A DNA stretch of 64,000 nucleotides from Mesotaenium endlicherianum (taxonomy: Eukaryota). The notes under the pieces are model-generated. The model did no database searches and was not told the DNA's origin. It was given only the letters and a program-made list of their open reading frames with translations. Location: contig WELA01002708.1 in NCBI GenBank assembly GCA_009602735.1, positions 1 to 64,000 on the forward strand, read 5' to 3'. The position numbers and the translations under genes are program-made. Within the stretch, counting starts at the first letter, position 1; the number at the start of each line of letters is the position of its first letter. Shown one piece after another: positions 1-9,801 of the stretch.

Positions 1-15
1 GTAGGAAAATAAACA

Positions 16-53
16 AGCTATACCACCAATGCCTTGATATTGGACGTATAGCT
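16..53 (-). terminator. Probable intrinsic terminator downstream of the 5'-nucleotidase gene
   Basis: Interrupted hairpin agctatac-ca-ccaat ... attgg-ac-gtatagct, followed on the minus strand by a T-rich tract. Confidence 0.5.
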
Positions 54-103
54 GCTTAAATTTTTACCGAACCATTGATTAATATAAAAATCTGCAAATC
101 AAA

Positions 104-1615
104 TCAGAGATCAGAAATGTTTAGATGTTGTAATGCATCAATGACTACGCGGCGGATATCTGATAAAAGGTTATCCGCCGCGTTGTATTTGGTAATGTTG
201 ATGATATCAGGATTACCTTCCTTGAAATATTCAAGTCCTTTTTCTGCGCCAGTGGTTAAAAATTCTAGTGTGCGGATGGTATAGGTTTTTTCCGGGTGAA
301 TGGTTTTTTTGTTGATCTGCCAATTGTTATCCTGGTAAACCAGGGTTTTACTCCTTTGCAGAAAGCCGCCCAGGTCCAGGCGATCATTGTTGCTTTGCAA
401 TATCTTCAATAACAGGCTTCCTTTCATTTGTACATCGCATACCACACCGCCAAAAGGTAATATCCGTACAATATCCATTTCATTGATGGGGCCCTGCACC
501 ATATCATCGATGCGGATGGAACCACTGTTTAAAATAGCGGCATCTGCATGCGGTTGAGACAATAACATACTTTCCGTAATGAGGGTACCCAGGTTGGTTT
601 GGTGATAACGGATGGCCGATTCCAGTCCATTCAGCGGTGTGGTAACAACAGCCAACTGGTGTGTGGGATTGATGCCATTTTTGATATACGAGTTGTATAT
701 CCTGTCTTCCCATTTTTTTACCTGCGCTATTGCAGCGGTATCGGCTGTGATGCTGCTGTCGAGCGCTATCAGCGTGCTTTGTATCTGCAGGTTGCCATTG
801 CCGTCTTTATAAATCAGGTGTTTGTAAATTGTTTTGGCGTTGGCATCCGCTTTGGCTACAAAGCGGTCTTCTACGGGTACGTACATGTGCTGGTGTTCAT
901 GTCCGCCCAGGATACCCCTGATGGCAGGCAGTTGCCTGAGCAGGGTACTATCGGCCTTATAAGATAAATGGGTAAGTCCGAGTATGCAATTCACCTGCTG
1001 ATCCGTTAAGGCCGCGATCTCGCGCGATACGGCTGCATCGGGCGATTCATACTGAACAAAATGCTGCTGGTTGGCATCAATGGTAAGTGCGAAGAACCCG
1101 ATGCGAAGGTTGCTGAGTGGCGACCATACGATGTGTTGCACAAAAGGCACTTGCAAACCATGTAGGTTTTTATAAAAAGGAGATAGCTTATTCAGGCTGT
1201 CTTTGTACTGCACATTGGAACTGATCCAAAGGAATTGTGATTCGTTGATCCTTTTTTGCAAAGCCGTATAGGGAATATCGAATTCATGGTTACCGAATGT
1301 AGCCATGTCAATACCCACGGTATTCATCAGGTCTACCATTTGAGCGCCATTCACACGTTCGCCGTTTAGCTTGGCGGTGCCCATCACAGAGGGACTTAAA
1401 AAATCGCCAGCTAATACAGCGAGGGTGGGGTATTTTTTCCTGGCATCGGCGATCACAGATGCTACGCGGGGCATGCCGCCTTTACGGCCGCCTTCGAGCG
1501 GACCGATCTCATACACATCATTGAGTTGAATGATACAGGCTGTATCTGTTGATACCTGCGCTTGACCTTTGATGAAAAAGGATAAGAATAGCACACTGAT
1601 GAGCAATTGTTTCAT
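104..1615 (-). CDS. Secreted bifunctional metallophosphatase / 5'-nucleotidase
   Basis: Metallophosphoesterase motifs LNDVYE, AGDF, GNHEFD, GGHEH and a 5'-nucleotidase C-terminal domain; the signal peptide MKQLLISVLFLSFF supports a start at 1615 rather than 1684. Confidence 0.85.
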   Translation of the reverse strand: MKQLLISVLFLSFFIKGQAQVSTDTACIIQLNDVYEIGPLEGGRKGGMPRVASVIADARKKYPTLAVLAGDFLSPSVMGTAKLNGERVNGAQMVDLMNTVGIDMATFGNHEFDIPYTALQKRINESQFLWISSNVQYKDSLNKLSPFYKNLHGLQVPFVQHIVWSPLSNLRIGFFALTIDANQQHFVQYESPDAAVSREIAALTDQQVNCILGLTHLSYKADSTLLRQLPAIRGILGGHEHQHMYVPVEDRFVAKADANAKTIYKHLIYKDGNGNLQIQSTLIALDSSITADTAAIAQVKKWEDRIYNSYIKNGINPTHQLAVVTTPLNGLESAIRYHQTNLGTLITESMLLSQPHADAAILNSGSIRIDDMVQGPINEMDIVRILPFGGVVCDVQMKGSLLLKILQSNNDRLDLGGFLQRSKTLVYQDNNWQINKKTIHPEKTYTIRTLEFLTTGAEKGLEYFKEGNPDIINITKYNAADNLLSDIRRVVIDALQHLNISDL

Positions 1616-1680
1616 GCAGTTGATTTCTATCTTAAATGTACTGATATTATCAGAACCATTGCAATGCCGCTCCCTGATGT

Positions 1681-2388
1681 TCACAAAGCAGCCAGCATTT
1701 TTTTGATCTCTGTAGTATCTACGATCGTGTTCTGCAAATTTTCCTGCATGCTTTTAGTTTGAAATTGCATGCCGGAAGGAGTCAACATCCTTGCGGATGA
1801 ATGTAATTCCATTGCACCGGTAAAATCGGCCAGGGCTTTGATGTTGCTGCTGCGCACACCACTACCGGGCATGATGATGATGCGGTCATCTGCTTTTTCT
1901 ACCAACTGTTTGATCAACTCGCGGCCATCCCAGGCATTGGGTACCTGTCCGCTCGTTAAGATGCGATTGCATCCGCATGCAATGATGTCTTCCAAAGCCT
2001 GCAAAGGATGAGCAGCACGATCGAATGCCCGGTGAAAAGTAACTTCCATCGGGTAAGCCAGGTCAACCAGTTTTTTTGTCCGCTCTTTATCGATGCTTCC
2101 GTCTGCATGCAATAAACCAATCACCACTCCGTCAAAGCCCAACTCTTTACAGAGTTGTACATCTTTGCAGATCACTTCGTATTCAGCATCGCTGTATAAA
2201 AAATCACCGCCACGCGGACGAATGATCGGAAAAACAGGAATGGAAATTTTTTCTCTTACTGTTTTCAAAGTGCCATAAGAGGGTGTAGTACCTCCATCGT
2301 ATGGGTTCTCGCATAATTCAAGGCGGTGTGCGCCGGCTGCAGCGGCCAGTAAAGCAGATTGAATATTAAAGACAGCGATTTCAAGCAT
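1681..2388 (-). CDS. cutC: Copper homeostasis protein CutC
   Basis: RLELC, GGTTPSYG, IRPRGGDF, TFHRAFD and RILTSG motifs. Confidence 0.93.
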   Translation of the reverse strand: MLEIAVFNIQSALLAAAAGAHRLELCENPYDGGTTPSYGTLKTVREKISIPVFPIIRPRGGDFLYSDAEYEVICKDVQLCKELGFDGVVIGLLHADGSIDKERTKKLVDLAYPMEVTFHRAFDRAAHPLQALEDIIACGCNRILTSGQVPNAWDGRELIKQLVEKADDRIIIMPGSGVRSSNIKALADFTGAMELHSSARMLTPSGMQFQTKSMQENLQNTIVDTTEIKKMLAAL

Positions 2389-2394
2389 GAAGGA

Positions 2395-2478
2395 GTTGTT
2401 AGATGTCAGTTGTTAGTTGTTAGAGATTGCCAAGATAAACAAGTTCTTCTAACAACTAACAACTGGCAACTAACATCT
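2395..2478. repeat. Inverted pair of heptamer (GTTGTTA-type) tandem repeats
   Basis: Perfect 18-bp inverted repeat: cagttgttagttgttaga (2407-2424) and tctaacaactaacaactg (2448-2465), with degenerate heptamers extending outward. Confidence 0.8.
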
Positions 2479-2483
2479 CACTG

Positions 2484-2801
2484 CTACTGGCTCAATTTTA
2501 TTTCACCAACATCAACAGTACCTCCATCGGTTACTTGAATTCCGTCTTTTGACGTATTTTTGAAGGGAGGTTTGGCTTCGATAATGAGTTTGTAAAGCCC
2601 GGGCTTTACATCGGCAATTTCGAATGCACCTTGACTTACATTAGCCTTGAGCGTATCTGTAGCAGATAAAACCCAGGCTCTTACACCCGCTTCGGGTGGG
2701 GCGACCGTTCCTTTAACGGTTCCGCCAAAGAATGGCTTAAAAGCAAATAATCCGGCTGTGATCACAGCGATGGCCAACAGGCTCAGTTTTTTGTTTTTCA
2801 T
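2484..2801 (-). CDS. Small secreted protein with a carboxypeptidase-regulatory-like Ig domain
   Basis: Signal peptide MKNKKLSLLAIAVITAGLFAF; pattern GTVKGTV...GAFEIADVKPGLYKLII. Confidence 0.7.
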   Translation of the reverse strand: MKNKKLSLLAIAVITAGLFAFKPFFGGTVKGTVAPPEAGVRAWVLSATDTLKANVSQGAFEIADVKPGLYKLIIEAKPPFKNTSKDGIQVTDGGTVDVGEIKLSQ

Positions 2802-2973
2802 GGCGTGGTAAATTTTTGGATGACAAAGGGATATATAGCCCAACTATCATGCCGCCGGAGGAAGCAATTTGATAAAAAAAATAAAAAAATAATGCTCGTA
2901 TATTCTGATTGTGGTATATGTTTTGAAGCGCTACCCGCGAAATGTTAGACCTGGAAGGGTCTTTCGCATAAAA

Positions 2974-4365
2974 ATGGAAATTATGGTTACAGTAGTCATT
3001 CCTGCTTTGAATGAGGCAAATACAATCCGGCAGGTAATTCAATTTTGTAAACAAGAGCGGCATGTAGATGAAGTGATCGTGATAGACGATACTTCAGAAG
3101 ATGATACTGCTGAAATTGCAAAAGAAGCTGGCGCTATTGTGTTGAAAAGTGCGGCAAGAGGAAAAGGCATCTCCATGAAAGAAGGTGTTGATGCCGCGAA
3201 ACATGAGATCATTGTGTTCCTGGATGGCGACATTGATCCTTATCCCATTGATACCATTGATGCATTGACCGCTCCGCTGATTGCAGATGAAGCCGATTTT
3301 GTAAAGGGTGGTTTTAGTCGCAATGCAGGCAGGGTTACCGAGTTGGTAGCAAAGCCCTTGCTGGCTATTTTTTTTCCTGCTCTGTCGTCTTTTGCCCAGC
3401 CACTGAGCGGTATGATCGCAGGAAAAAAACAGTTCTTTAAAAAACTGGAGTTCTTCAATGATTATGGAGTGGATATTGGCATATTACTCGATATGTACCT
3501 GATGAAAGCGAGGATACAGGAAGTAAACATCGGTTACATCGAGAACAAGAGTAAGTCATGGGAAGGACTTGGCAAGATGAGTAAGGAAGTGGCCAAGGCC
3601 ATCATCAGCAAAGCCAGGGAAGAAGACAGTTCCGCAACGGCTACAAGCCAGGATGTGGCTACGATTGAAGAGATCAACAATGCAATGCATGAGGCATTAC
3701 AGGAAAATCTTGCTGAGCACAAACGCCTGGCTGTATTCGACGTGGATGATACGGTGCTGACCGACCGTTTCATTGATGTTTGTGCGCGGGAATATGGTTT
3801 CACAGCGAAACTTGAGGACCTCCGGCAGCATGAAAAAGATCCTTTAATCCTCACAAAACGTATAGGCTTGCTGTTGAAAGGAATAAGCATGGACGCTTTA
3901 TTGAATACAATTCATGGCATAAAAATGGTTGAAGATTTCAAGGAAACTGTCCGGGGGTTGAAAGAGAAGGGGTACCTGGTTGGGCTCATTAGTCACGGCT
4001 ACACCCTTGTTACCAATTATATAATAAAGAATGTGGATGCGGATTTCGCCGTTGCCAACCAGTTGGAATTCTTCGAGGGAAAAGCAACAGGCGAGGTGAA
4101 TATGCCATCGAGTTATTTCGCTTCTCCGGACAGTGTATGCGGACATGCATTTTGTAAAACCAACGCGTTGCAGTATGTGTGTGAGAAATTTAATGTGCAG
4201 TTCCGTAATTGCATCGCGGTGGGAGATAGTGTGGATGATCTATGCATGATCGGGCATGCCGGAATGGGAGTGGCTTTCTGTGCGAAGGAAAAGCTGCTGG
4301 AAAAAGTAGCGGCGAAAGTCATCCGGGAAAAGAGTTTCAGGTCATTATTCGAGTTCGTAAAATAA
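2974..4365 (+). CDS. GT-A glycosyltransferase (glucosyl-3-phosphoglycerate synthase-like) fused to a SerB-like HAD phosphatase
   Basis: N-terminal VIPALNE, DGD, GRVTELVAKPLL, QPLSG, YGVDIGILLD; C-terminal HAD motifs FDVDDT and VGDSVDD; start taken at ATG 2974. Confidence 0.8.
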   Translation: MEIMVTVVIPALNEANTIRQVIQFCKQERHVDEVIVIDDTSEDDTAEIAKEAGAIVLKSAARGKGISMKEGVDAAKHEIIVFLDGDIDPYPIDTIDALTAPLIADEADFVKGGFSRNAGRVTELVAKPLLAIFFPALSSFAQPLSGMIAGKKQFFKKLEFFNDYGVDIGILLDMYLMKARIQEVNIGYIENKSKSWEGLGKMSKEVAKAIISKAREEDSSATATSQDVATIEEINNAMHEALQENLAEHKRLAVFDVDDTVLTDRFIDVCAREYGFTAKLEDLRQHEKDPLILTKRIGLLLKGISMDALLNTIHGIKMVEDFKETVRGLKEKGYLVGLISHGYTLVTNYIIKNVDADFAVANQLEFFEGKATGEVNMPSSYFASPDSVCGHAFCKTNALQYVCEKFNVQFRNCIAVGDSVDDLCMIGHAGMGVAFCAKEKLLEKVAAKVIREKSFRSLFEFVK

Positions 4366-4400
4366 CAAACAACTATTTCATCACCCTTAAAAACTACCTT

Positions 4401-5186
4401 ATGACAAACAGTCTGTATAACATACTCGTGCCGGTAGATTTTACCAGCAAGAACGAGTGGGCTATTGCCAAGGCCATTGAACTTTCCAATTCATTGCACT
4501 GCAATGTTCATTTGGTGCATGTGCTGAATGGCGACGAACCAAAGCTGGCCGGTGAGCGTCTGTTGACGATGAAGGAGCATTACAAGGACCATCTATGCGG
4601 AGAAGGTAGTATGGAGATCAGTATGCTTCATGGAAATCCGTATCAGCAATTATCGGATTACATCACGCATTTCCAGATGGATCTGGTGATCGTAGGGTTG
4701 TCGCGATTCAATTTTTTTGAACGGGTATTGTCTTCTGTTTCCATCAGCCGCTTATCCCGCAAGGCGAATGTGCCGGTATTGGCGGTAAGGGCGAGTGGAT
4801 TGGTGCACCACTTCAAGAAAATCATATTACCGTTGAATGACCATATTCCTTTGAGTCGTATCAAGCTGGCCGCTTTGCTGGGAAGACATTTTAAATCTAC
4901 CATCTACCTGGTATCGCTCCGGAAAAAGAGCACAGGCGAATACAACCTGCCGGTACTGAACGAAACACTGAATGTGATCCAGAGCATCACTACCATACCA
5001 GTGCAATCGATCATACTGGAAGGAAAAAACCTGGCTACCAGCACGCTTAATTTTGCCGGCAGGATCAATGCCGACCTGATCATGATCAATCCGATCAAGG
5101 ATTTCTGCATGCCGGGATTCTGGAACAGGCTTACCAGGAAATTAATGTCTTATCATTCAAGGATGCCGGTACTGACGATGGATTAA
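4401..5186 (+). CDS. Universal stress protein (tandem Usp domains)
   Basis: ILVPVDF..., DLVIVG, VPVLAV, second domain KKIILPL...MPVLT; start at ATG 4401. Confidence 0.85.
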   Translation: MTNSLYNILVPVDFTSKNEWAIAKAIELSNSLHCNVHLVHVLNGDEPKLAGERLLTMKEHYKDHLCGEGSMEISMLHGNPYQQLSDYITHFQMDLVIVGLSRFNFFERVLSSVSISRLSRKANVPVLAVRASGLVHHFKKIILPLNDHIPLSRIKLAALLGRHFKSTIYLVSLRKKSTGEYNLPVLNETLNVIQSITTIPVQSIILEGKNLATSTLNFAGRINADLIMINPIKDFCMPGFWNRLTRKLMSYHSRMPVLTMD

Positions 5187-5197
5187 GCCACACAGTA

Positions 5198-6214
5198 TTA
5201 TAAAATATACTTGCCGTCTACCAGGAAATTCTTGTCATCTGCATAACATACGGCGAAATTGAATCCTTTCTGGATACAATAGCCGCCGTATTCACCGCGC
5301 TTGTTGATGGCAATGAATCCAACCTGTATCTCTTTGGCTTTGGCTCCTTTGATCCTGATGATGCGTTCTACTGCTTTCTTGCAGGCGTTTTCGGGAGACA
5401 ATCCCTGGCGCATCAATTCAACTACGAGGTGGGTGCCGCAAATACGTATCACGTCTTCACCCTGGCCGGTGGCCGTGGCGGCGCCTACTTCGTTATCAAC
5501 ATACAATCCTGCACCAATGATGGGAGAGTCGCCCAGGCGGCCTCTCATTTTAAAAGCCATGCCACTAGTGGTACAGCTGCCGCTGAGGTTGCCTTCTGCG
5601 TCCATGGCTACCATGCCAATGGTATCGTGGTTCCAGTCGCCATTTTCCAAACGAGTGAGTATGGCTGCAGTGGATTTTTTTGAATTTTCAATGTTGATGA
5701 CGGGCTTGTATTCGCTTTTCTTCAACCAGTTTTCATAAGATTTTTTAGCATCATCGGAAAGCTTATCAGGTTCCAGCGGAAAACCTTCGGCAACAGCAAA
5801 TTGTTGTGCGCCTTCGCCTACCAGCATTACATGCGGTGTTTTTTCCATTACACGCCTTGCTACGGAGATGGGATGTTTGATACGCTCGAGAAAAGCAACA
5901 CTGCCGCAGTTGGCGTGTTCATCCATGATACACGCATCGAGGGTCACATGTCCGTCGCGGTCGGGGTTTGCACCCAACCCTACGCAGCAATTCAAAGATG
6001 ATTCCGTTACCATTACGCCTTGTTCTACGGCATCAAGCGCACGGCCTCCATTGCGCAATACTTTCCAGGCGGCTTTATTGGCTTCGATACCTGCATCCCA
6101 GGTAGAGATCACGATGGGCTTACGCGAAGCGGTGGGCATACTACGGAAGGATGAAAATGAAAAAGCAGAGAGTCCGAGTGAACCCAATTGCAAAAAACGT
6201 CTTCTATGTAACAT
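5198..6214 (-). CDS. N4-(beta-N-acetylglucosaminyl)-L-asparaginase (glycosylasparaginase), Tat-type signal
   Basis: RRRFLQ twin-arginine leader; autocleavage motif HDTIG; GRLGDSPIIGAG; ATGQGE. Confidence 0.9.
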   Translation of the reverse strand: MLHRRRFLQLGSLGLSAFSFSSFRSMPTASRKPIVISTWDAGIEANKAAWKVLRNGGRALDAVEQGVMVTESSLNCCVGLGANPDRDGHVTLDACIMDEHANCGSVAFLERIKHPISVARRVMEKTPHVMLVGEGAQQFAVAEGFPLEPDKLSDDAKKSYENWLKKSEYKPVINIENSKKSTAAILTRLENGDWNHDTIGMVAMDAEGNLSGSCTTSGMAFKMRGRLGDSPIIGAGLYVDNEVGAATATGQGEDVIRICGTHLVVELMRQGLSPENACKKAVERIIRIKGAKAKEIQVGFIAINKRGEYGGYCIQKGFNFAVCYADDKNFLVDGKYIL

Positions 6215-6228
6215 GATAAAGGGATGTA

Positions 6229-6534
6229 TTAGTGATGCACTTTTAATTTTTGGATCATGCTGTCGCTGATGGGATCTGCATAAACGCCATAAGCGCTTAC
6301 CAGCACACCTTTCATTGTAGCGTCTTTCGATTCGATGAGATAAAGAATACTGGAATCATCGGGATTGGTAAAACCTTCAAACCGGTAAAACTCAACAATT
6401 TCAAATTGAGAAGGGTTGAGGCTGGCGCCTGTGTTTTTGCATTTCAACGCATCGAATTCCAGGTTGAAATCGGTAGTGTATCCTCTTTTTTTAGCATCAT
6501 TCAATGCTTCCACGAGGGTGTCGTAAGCAGGCAT
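6229..6534 (-). CDS. Conserved Bacteroidota hypothetical protein
   Basis: GYTTDF, YRFEG.TNPDDSSILY and LVSAYGVY pattern, typical of a small conserved family. Confidence 0.7.
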   Translation of the reverse strand: MPAYDTLVEALNDAKKRGYTTDFNLEFDALKCKNTGASLNPSQFEIVEFYRFEGFTNPDDSSILYLIESKDATMKGVLVSAYGVYADPISDSMIQKLKVHH

Positions 6535-6561
6535 GTGCAGATTTTGCGGAAAGGTACGGAA

Positions 6562-7635
6562 TTATCCCTGCGTTTGCAGGTACGATTTCGATGTTACAAA
6601 ATCACTGAACAATTTTTCTTTCAATAATAGTTGCTGCAACAAAGTTACCTGGTTGACGGCGCGATTGAAATTATGACCTTCGTAGCGGGCGCCGTAATAA
6701 ACATCGTTGTTCAGGTGATCTATGAGGAAGCGGATGGCCTGCATATAGATCATGTATTTACCTGCAAATACGAAATGATCGATTTCTGTTGTCGTCATTT
6801 CATCCTGCATTTCACCCAGGTAGCCGCTGGCGATGGCATAAAAGAATTCATCACGAATGATGATCTTTTCCAGATCAGCCTCTTCTTCACTGGCGGGCGA
6901 AAGGTAGGTGCGCATCATATCGCCCACATCGCTGATGAAATAACCGGGCATCACGGTGTCCAGGTCAATCACGCAAAGCCCTTTGCCTTCTGTATCAAAC
7001 AATACATTGCTGATCTTGGTATCGTGGTGCGTTACACGCAGTTTGAACAATTTTTGTGAAGTATATGTTTCATAAGCTTTCACGATCCCGTGCTGTGACT
7101 GGAGGAAATCGATGAGTTCCCGGCTCTGCCCGATCCTTTGCGGATTGCCCTGTTCAATGGCTTGCTCCAGTTGTTTGTAACGTAAAGTGAGGTTGTGAAA
7201 ATCACGGATGGTCATGTGCAGGGATGATGTATCGAAATCTCTCAACAACCTGGTGAACCGCCCGAATTGTTGTGCAGCTTCAAATGCCAGCTGAGGCGTT
7301 GAAACAGTATCATAGGTTTGCGAAGCGGGGACAAAGGGAAGCAACCGGTAACAATCGTTTTCATACAGTACGTAACCGGCTCCGGTTGTCAAGGTCTTAA
7401 CCGGTTTTACGAAGAGGTAGCCCGGATGGTACGCATCAAAATAATCGGCCAGCGCGCCGATATTCTCACTGATGTGCACAGGATTGCTGAATACCTGGCC
7501 GTTGATCTTTTGTAAAATGTATTCCTGCGTGTCATCCACTACTTTCCAGGTACGGTTGATCAAACCGGTTCCGAAAGGGAGCACCCTGCAATGGGTATCG
7601 GCAAGGCCATATTGTGCTAAAATGGTTGCAAGCAT
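6562..7635 (-). CDS. APH-family phosphotransferase, N-acetylhexosamine 1-kinase-like
   Basis: GLINRT, YILQKIN, HHDTKISNVLF and VIDLDTVMPG motifs. Confidence 0.8.
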   Translation of the reverse strand: MLATILAQYGLADTHCRVLPFGTGLINRTWKVVDDTQEYILQKINGQVFSNPVHISENIGALADYFDAYHPGYLFVKPVKTLTTGAGYVLYENDCYRLLPFVPASQTYDTVSTPQLAFEAAQQFGRFTRLLRDFDTSSLHMTIRDFHNLTLRYKQLEQAIEQGNPQRIGQSRELIDFLQSQHGIVKAYETYTSQKLFKLRVTHHDTKISNVLFDTEGKGLCVIDLDTVMPGYFISDVGDMMRTYLSPASEEEADLEKIIIRDEFFYAIASGYLGEMQDEMTTTEIDHFVFAGKYMIYMQAIRFLIDHLNNDVYYGARYEGHNFNRAVNQVTLLQQLLLKEKLFSDFVTSKSYLQTQG

Positions 7636-7667
7636 AGTTGTGGGTCAGCTTGATAAAACTGCTGCTT

Positions 7668-7712
7668 CAAAAATAAAAGGGATTCGTGCAAGAAAACTCA
7701 TTCAAACGTTTG
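7668..7712 (-). promoter_or_regulatory. Putative promoter -7 box and LacI-family operator upstream of the kinase gene
   Basis: TATTTTTG on the minus strand (7668-7675) matches TAnnTTTG; perfect palindrome CAAACGTTTG at 7703-7712. Confidence 0.55.
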
Positions 7713-7720
7713 CGTTATTT

Positions 7721-8740
7721 TCAAGGTTCAATCAATTCCAGGCGACTTTCAAGTTCTGTTTGAAAAAACTGTCCCTTTTGTTTGAGTTCTTCTCCGCGGG
7801 TAAGCAGTTGCAGCATGATCTCCATGGCTTTTTCCCCTTGTTCGCGTGGAAACTGTTCTACAGATGCCAGCGGTGGTGTATCGAGATAATGGGTAATAGG
7901 CAGATTGGCGCAACTGACAAAAGAAAGATCCTGGTTGATCTTTTTATTATGCCTGCGGGCATAACGAATGGCATCCAAGGCCACGTAATCGTTGAAAGTG
8001 ATAATAGCCGTTGGCGGATTCTTCAATGCCAGCAACTGTTTCATGGCATCTTCCGTTCCGCCGGTAGAAAGATCGGTGGATACCACCAGTCCCATATCTA
8101 TCTTGATCTTCTTGGCATGCAGCGCTGCGGTATATCCTTCCATGCGTTCTTTGGTAGCCAGCAAGGAGGAAGGCCCGTTGATGAGTGCAATGCGTTTGTG
8201 TCCTTTTTTGATTAAGAATTGCGCGGCCTGTGAAATACCCGGACGCAGGTTGCAACTCACATAGTGCGCAGTTTTCTGTGGAGGAATGCGATCGAAGAAT
8301 ACAACAGGAATATTGTATTTATCCAACTGGTTGAAATGTTCAAAGTCTTTGCTGTCCTTCGCCAGGGAAATGATCAATCCGTCTACCCGGTGGTCTTTCA
8401 TGGTAGCGGTGATCCGCTTCTCCAGCTCGGGCAGGTCGTGCGACTGACCCATTAGCACATTATAACTGTGTTTTAAAGCGGTTTGTTCGATGCCGGTGAT
8501 GGCCATGGAGAAAAACTCTTCCGATAAATTGGGCAGGATGACGCCGATGGTGAATGTCTTGCCCTGCTTAAAGAAGATAGCGGTCTTGTTGGGCTCGTAA
8601 TTGAGTTCCTGTGCCAGTTGTTGCACCTGTGTACGGGTGCGCAGGCCAATACTGGGGTGATCGTGCAGGGCTCGTGAGACCGTGGATACGGAAACATTGA
8701 GTCTGCGGGCAATTTCTTTAAGCGTGGCTGGTTTGGTCAT
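7721..8740 (-). CDS. LacI-family transcriptional regulator
   Basis: TLKEIARRLNVSVSTVSRAL helix-turn-helix, YEPN hinge, sugar-binding domain. Confidence 0.95.
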   Translation of the reverse strand: MTKPATLKEIARRLNVSVSTVSRALHDHPSIGLRTRTQVQQLAQELNYEPNKTAIFFKQGKTFTIGVILPNLSEEFFSMAITGIEQTALKHSYNVLMGQSHDLPELEKRITATMKDHRVDGLIISLAKDSKDFEHFNQLDKYNIPVVFFDRIPPQKTAHYVSCNLRPGISQAAQFLIKKGHKRIALINGPSSLLATKERMEGYTAALHAKKIKIDMGLVVSTDLSTGGTEDAMKQLLALKNPPTAIITFNDYVALDAIRYARRHNKKINQDLSFVSCANLPITHYLDTPPLASVEQFPREQGEKAMEIMLQLLTRGEELKQKGQFFQTELESRLELIEP

Positions 8741-8809
8741 GACAGTGATTTGGGGGGCAGGGGTAAAGTTAACACAATATGAACATTACGGCATTTTTCG
8801 ATTGTCTCT

Positions 8810-9271
8810 TTACAGCCGTTTATCCATTTCCAGTCGGTACACATCCTTTACTTTCACCAGGTCGTAATAACGCGGATACCTGGGATTCAATATATAATTG
8901 TAAGCGGTAGGCATTACAGCCGAACGTACTTTGATGCCAATGTATTCATTCGATTCAAGTATCCGGTCGCCCAGTGTCTTCAGTGCAATATTGCCAGGCA
9001 GGCGCCAGCTTTTGGGGAGTCTTTTGTCGGGATAAGCGAGTATAGGAGCAGCATCATCTATTTCAATCCTGGTAACATACATATCTGGCGGTAGTTCTGT
9101 TTCCTGCACATGCACCAGTACTTCCAGCAGGGCAAGCGCTTCGTGCTCGCTGGTATATAAAGCAAATACTCCTTCATTGTTCCACCGGCCGCCTTCATAG
9201 AAGGCGCCAGTACCGGAAAGGTCGGTTGTTCTTTTTTTGCTTTTTACAATACGGTAAACAAACATAAACAA
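8810..9271 (-). CDS. RES-domain toxin (putative NAD+ phosphorylase)
   Basis: YRI (R), GGRWN, ALLEVLVH (E), VRSAV (S), NYILNP. Confidence 0.9.
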   Translation of the reverse strand: MFMFVYRIVKSKKRTTDLSGTGAFYEGGRWNNEGVFALYTSEHEALALLEVLVHVQETELPPDMYVTRIEIDDAAPILAYPDKRLPKSWRLPGNIALKTLGDRILESNEYIGIKVRSAVMPTAYNYILNPRYPRYYDLVKVKDVYRLEMDKRL

Positions 9272-9279
9272 CCGCCGGA

Positions 9280-9801
9280 TTAAGTGTAAATACCTTCTTC
9301 TAACCTGCCCAGGATGCGGTTGACGGTTCTGATACCGGTAGGCGTATTGAGGTATTGGAACGGTGTAAAACCATCCAATGACCTATTCTTCTTTTGTAAC
9401 CAATGGTTGAACTTCTCGCGGCTTTCAAAGAGCGATAAGCCCCTTGCTACGGTGCTTGCCAGTTCTATGGAGAGGGAAGAGGTTAGGGCATCTAACACAT
9501 CTGTGGTTCTTTTTCTGCTCAATGTTTTATAGGAGACATTTAAAAGAGGAGCCATTTCTTTCATGGGTACATCCATGACTTCAGCCAGGTTCATAACAGC
9601 GCGTTTGGGAATGCCCTTATCGGTTGCTTTTACAAAATCGTTCATTGACAAAGGAGCAGATAATGAACTGCCCCCTAGGATATCCCATGCGATAAGATTA
9701 GCCGAACTGCTTTTTTTCACTGCCTGCTCCAGTTGGTCGAGTAATTTCCGGGAGCTGCGTTTTTTTGGGGTATGCACAACGCTCGTATCCATAGTGGACA
9801 T
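9280..9801 (-). CDS. Xre/MbcA/ParS-type antitoxin
   Basis: HTH plus C-terminal WLQKKNRSLDGFTP...LGRLEEG; lies directly upstream of the RES gene; a TAAATTTG -7 box at 9808-9815 favours a start at 9801 or 9792. Confidence 0.88.
   Translation of the reverse strand: MSTMDTSVVHTPKKRSSRKLLDQLEQAVKKSSSANLIAWDILGGSSLSAPLSMNDFVKATDKGIPKRAVMNLAEVMDVPMKEMAPLLNVSYKTLSRKRTTDVLDALTSSLSIELASTVARGLSLFESREKFNHWLQKKNRSLDGFTPFQYLNTPTGIRTVNRILGRLEEGIYT

Noticed and set aside
6229..6534. Phosphoribosylpyrophosphate synthetase label sometimes attached to this family
   Set aside because: Only 101 aa, with no PRPP synthetase motifs visible
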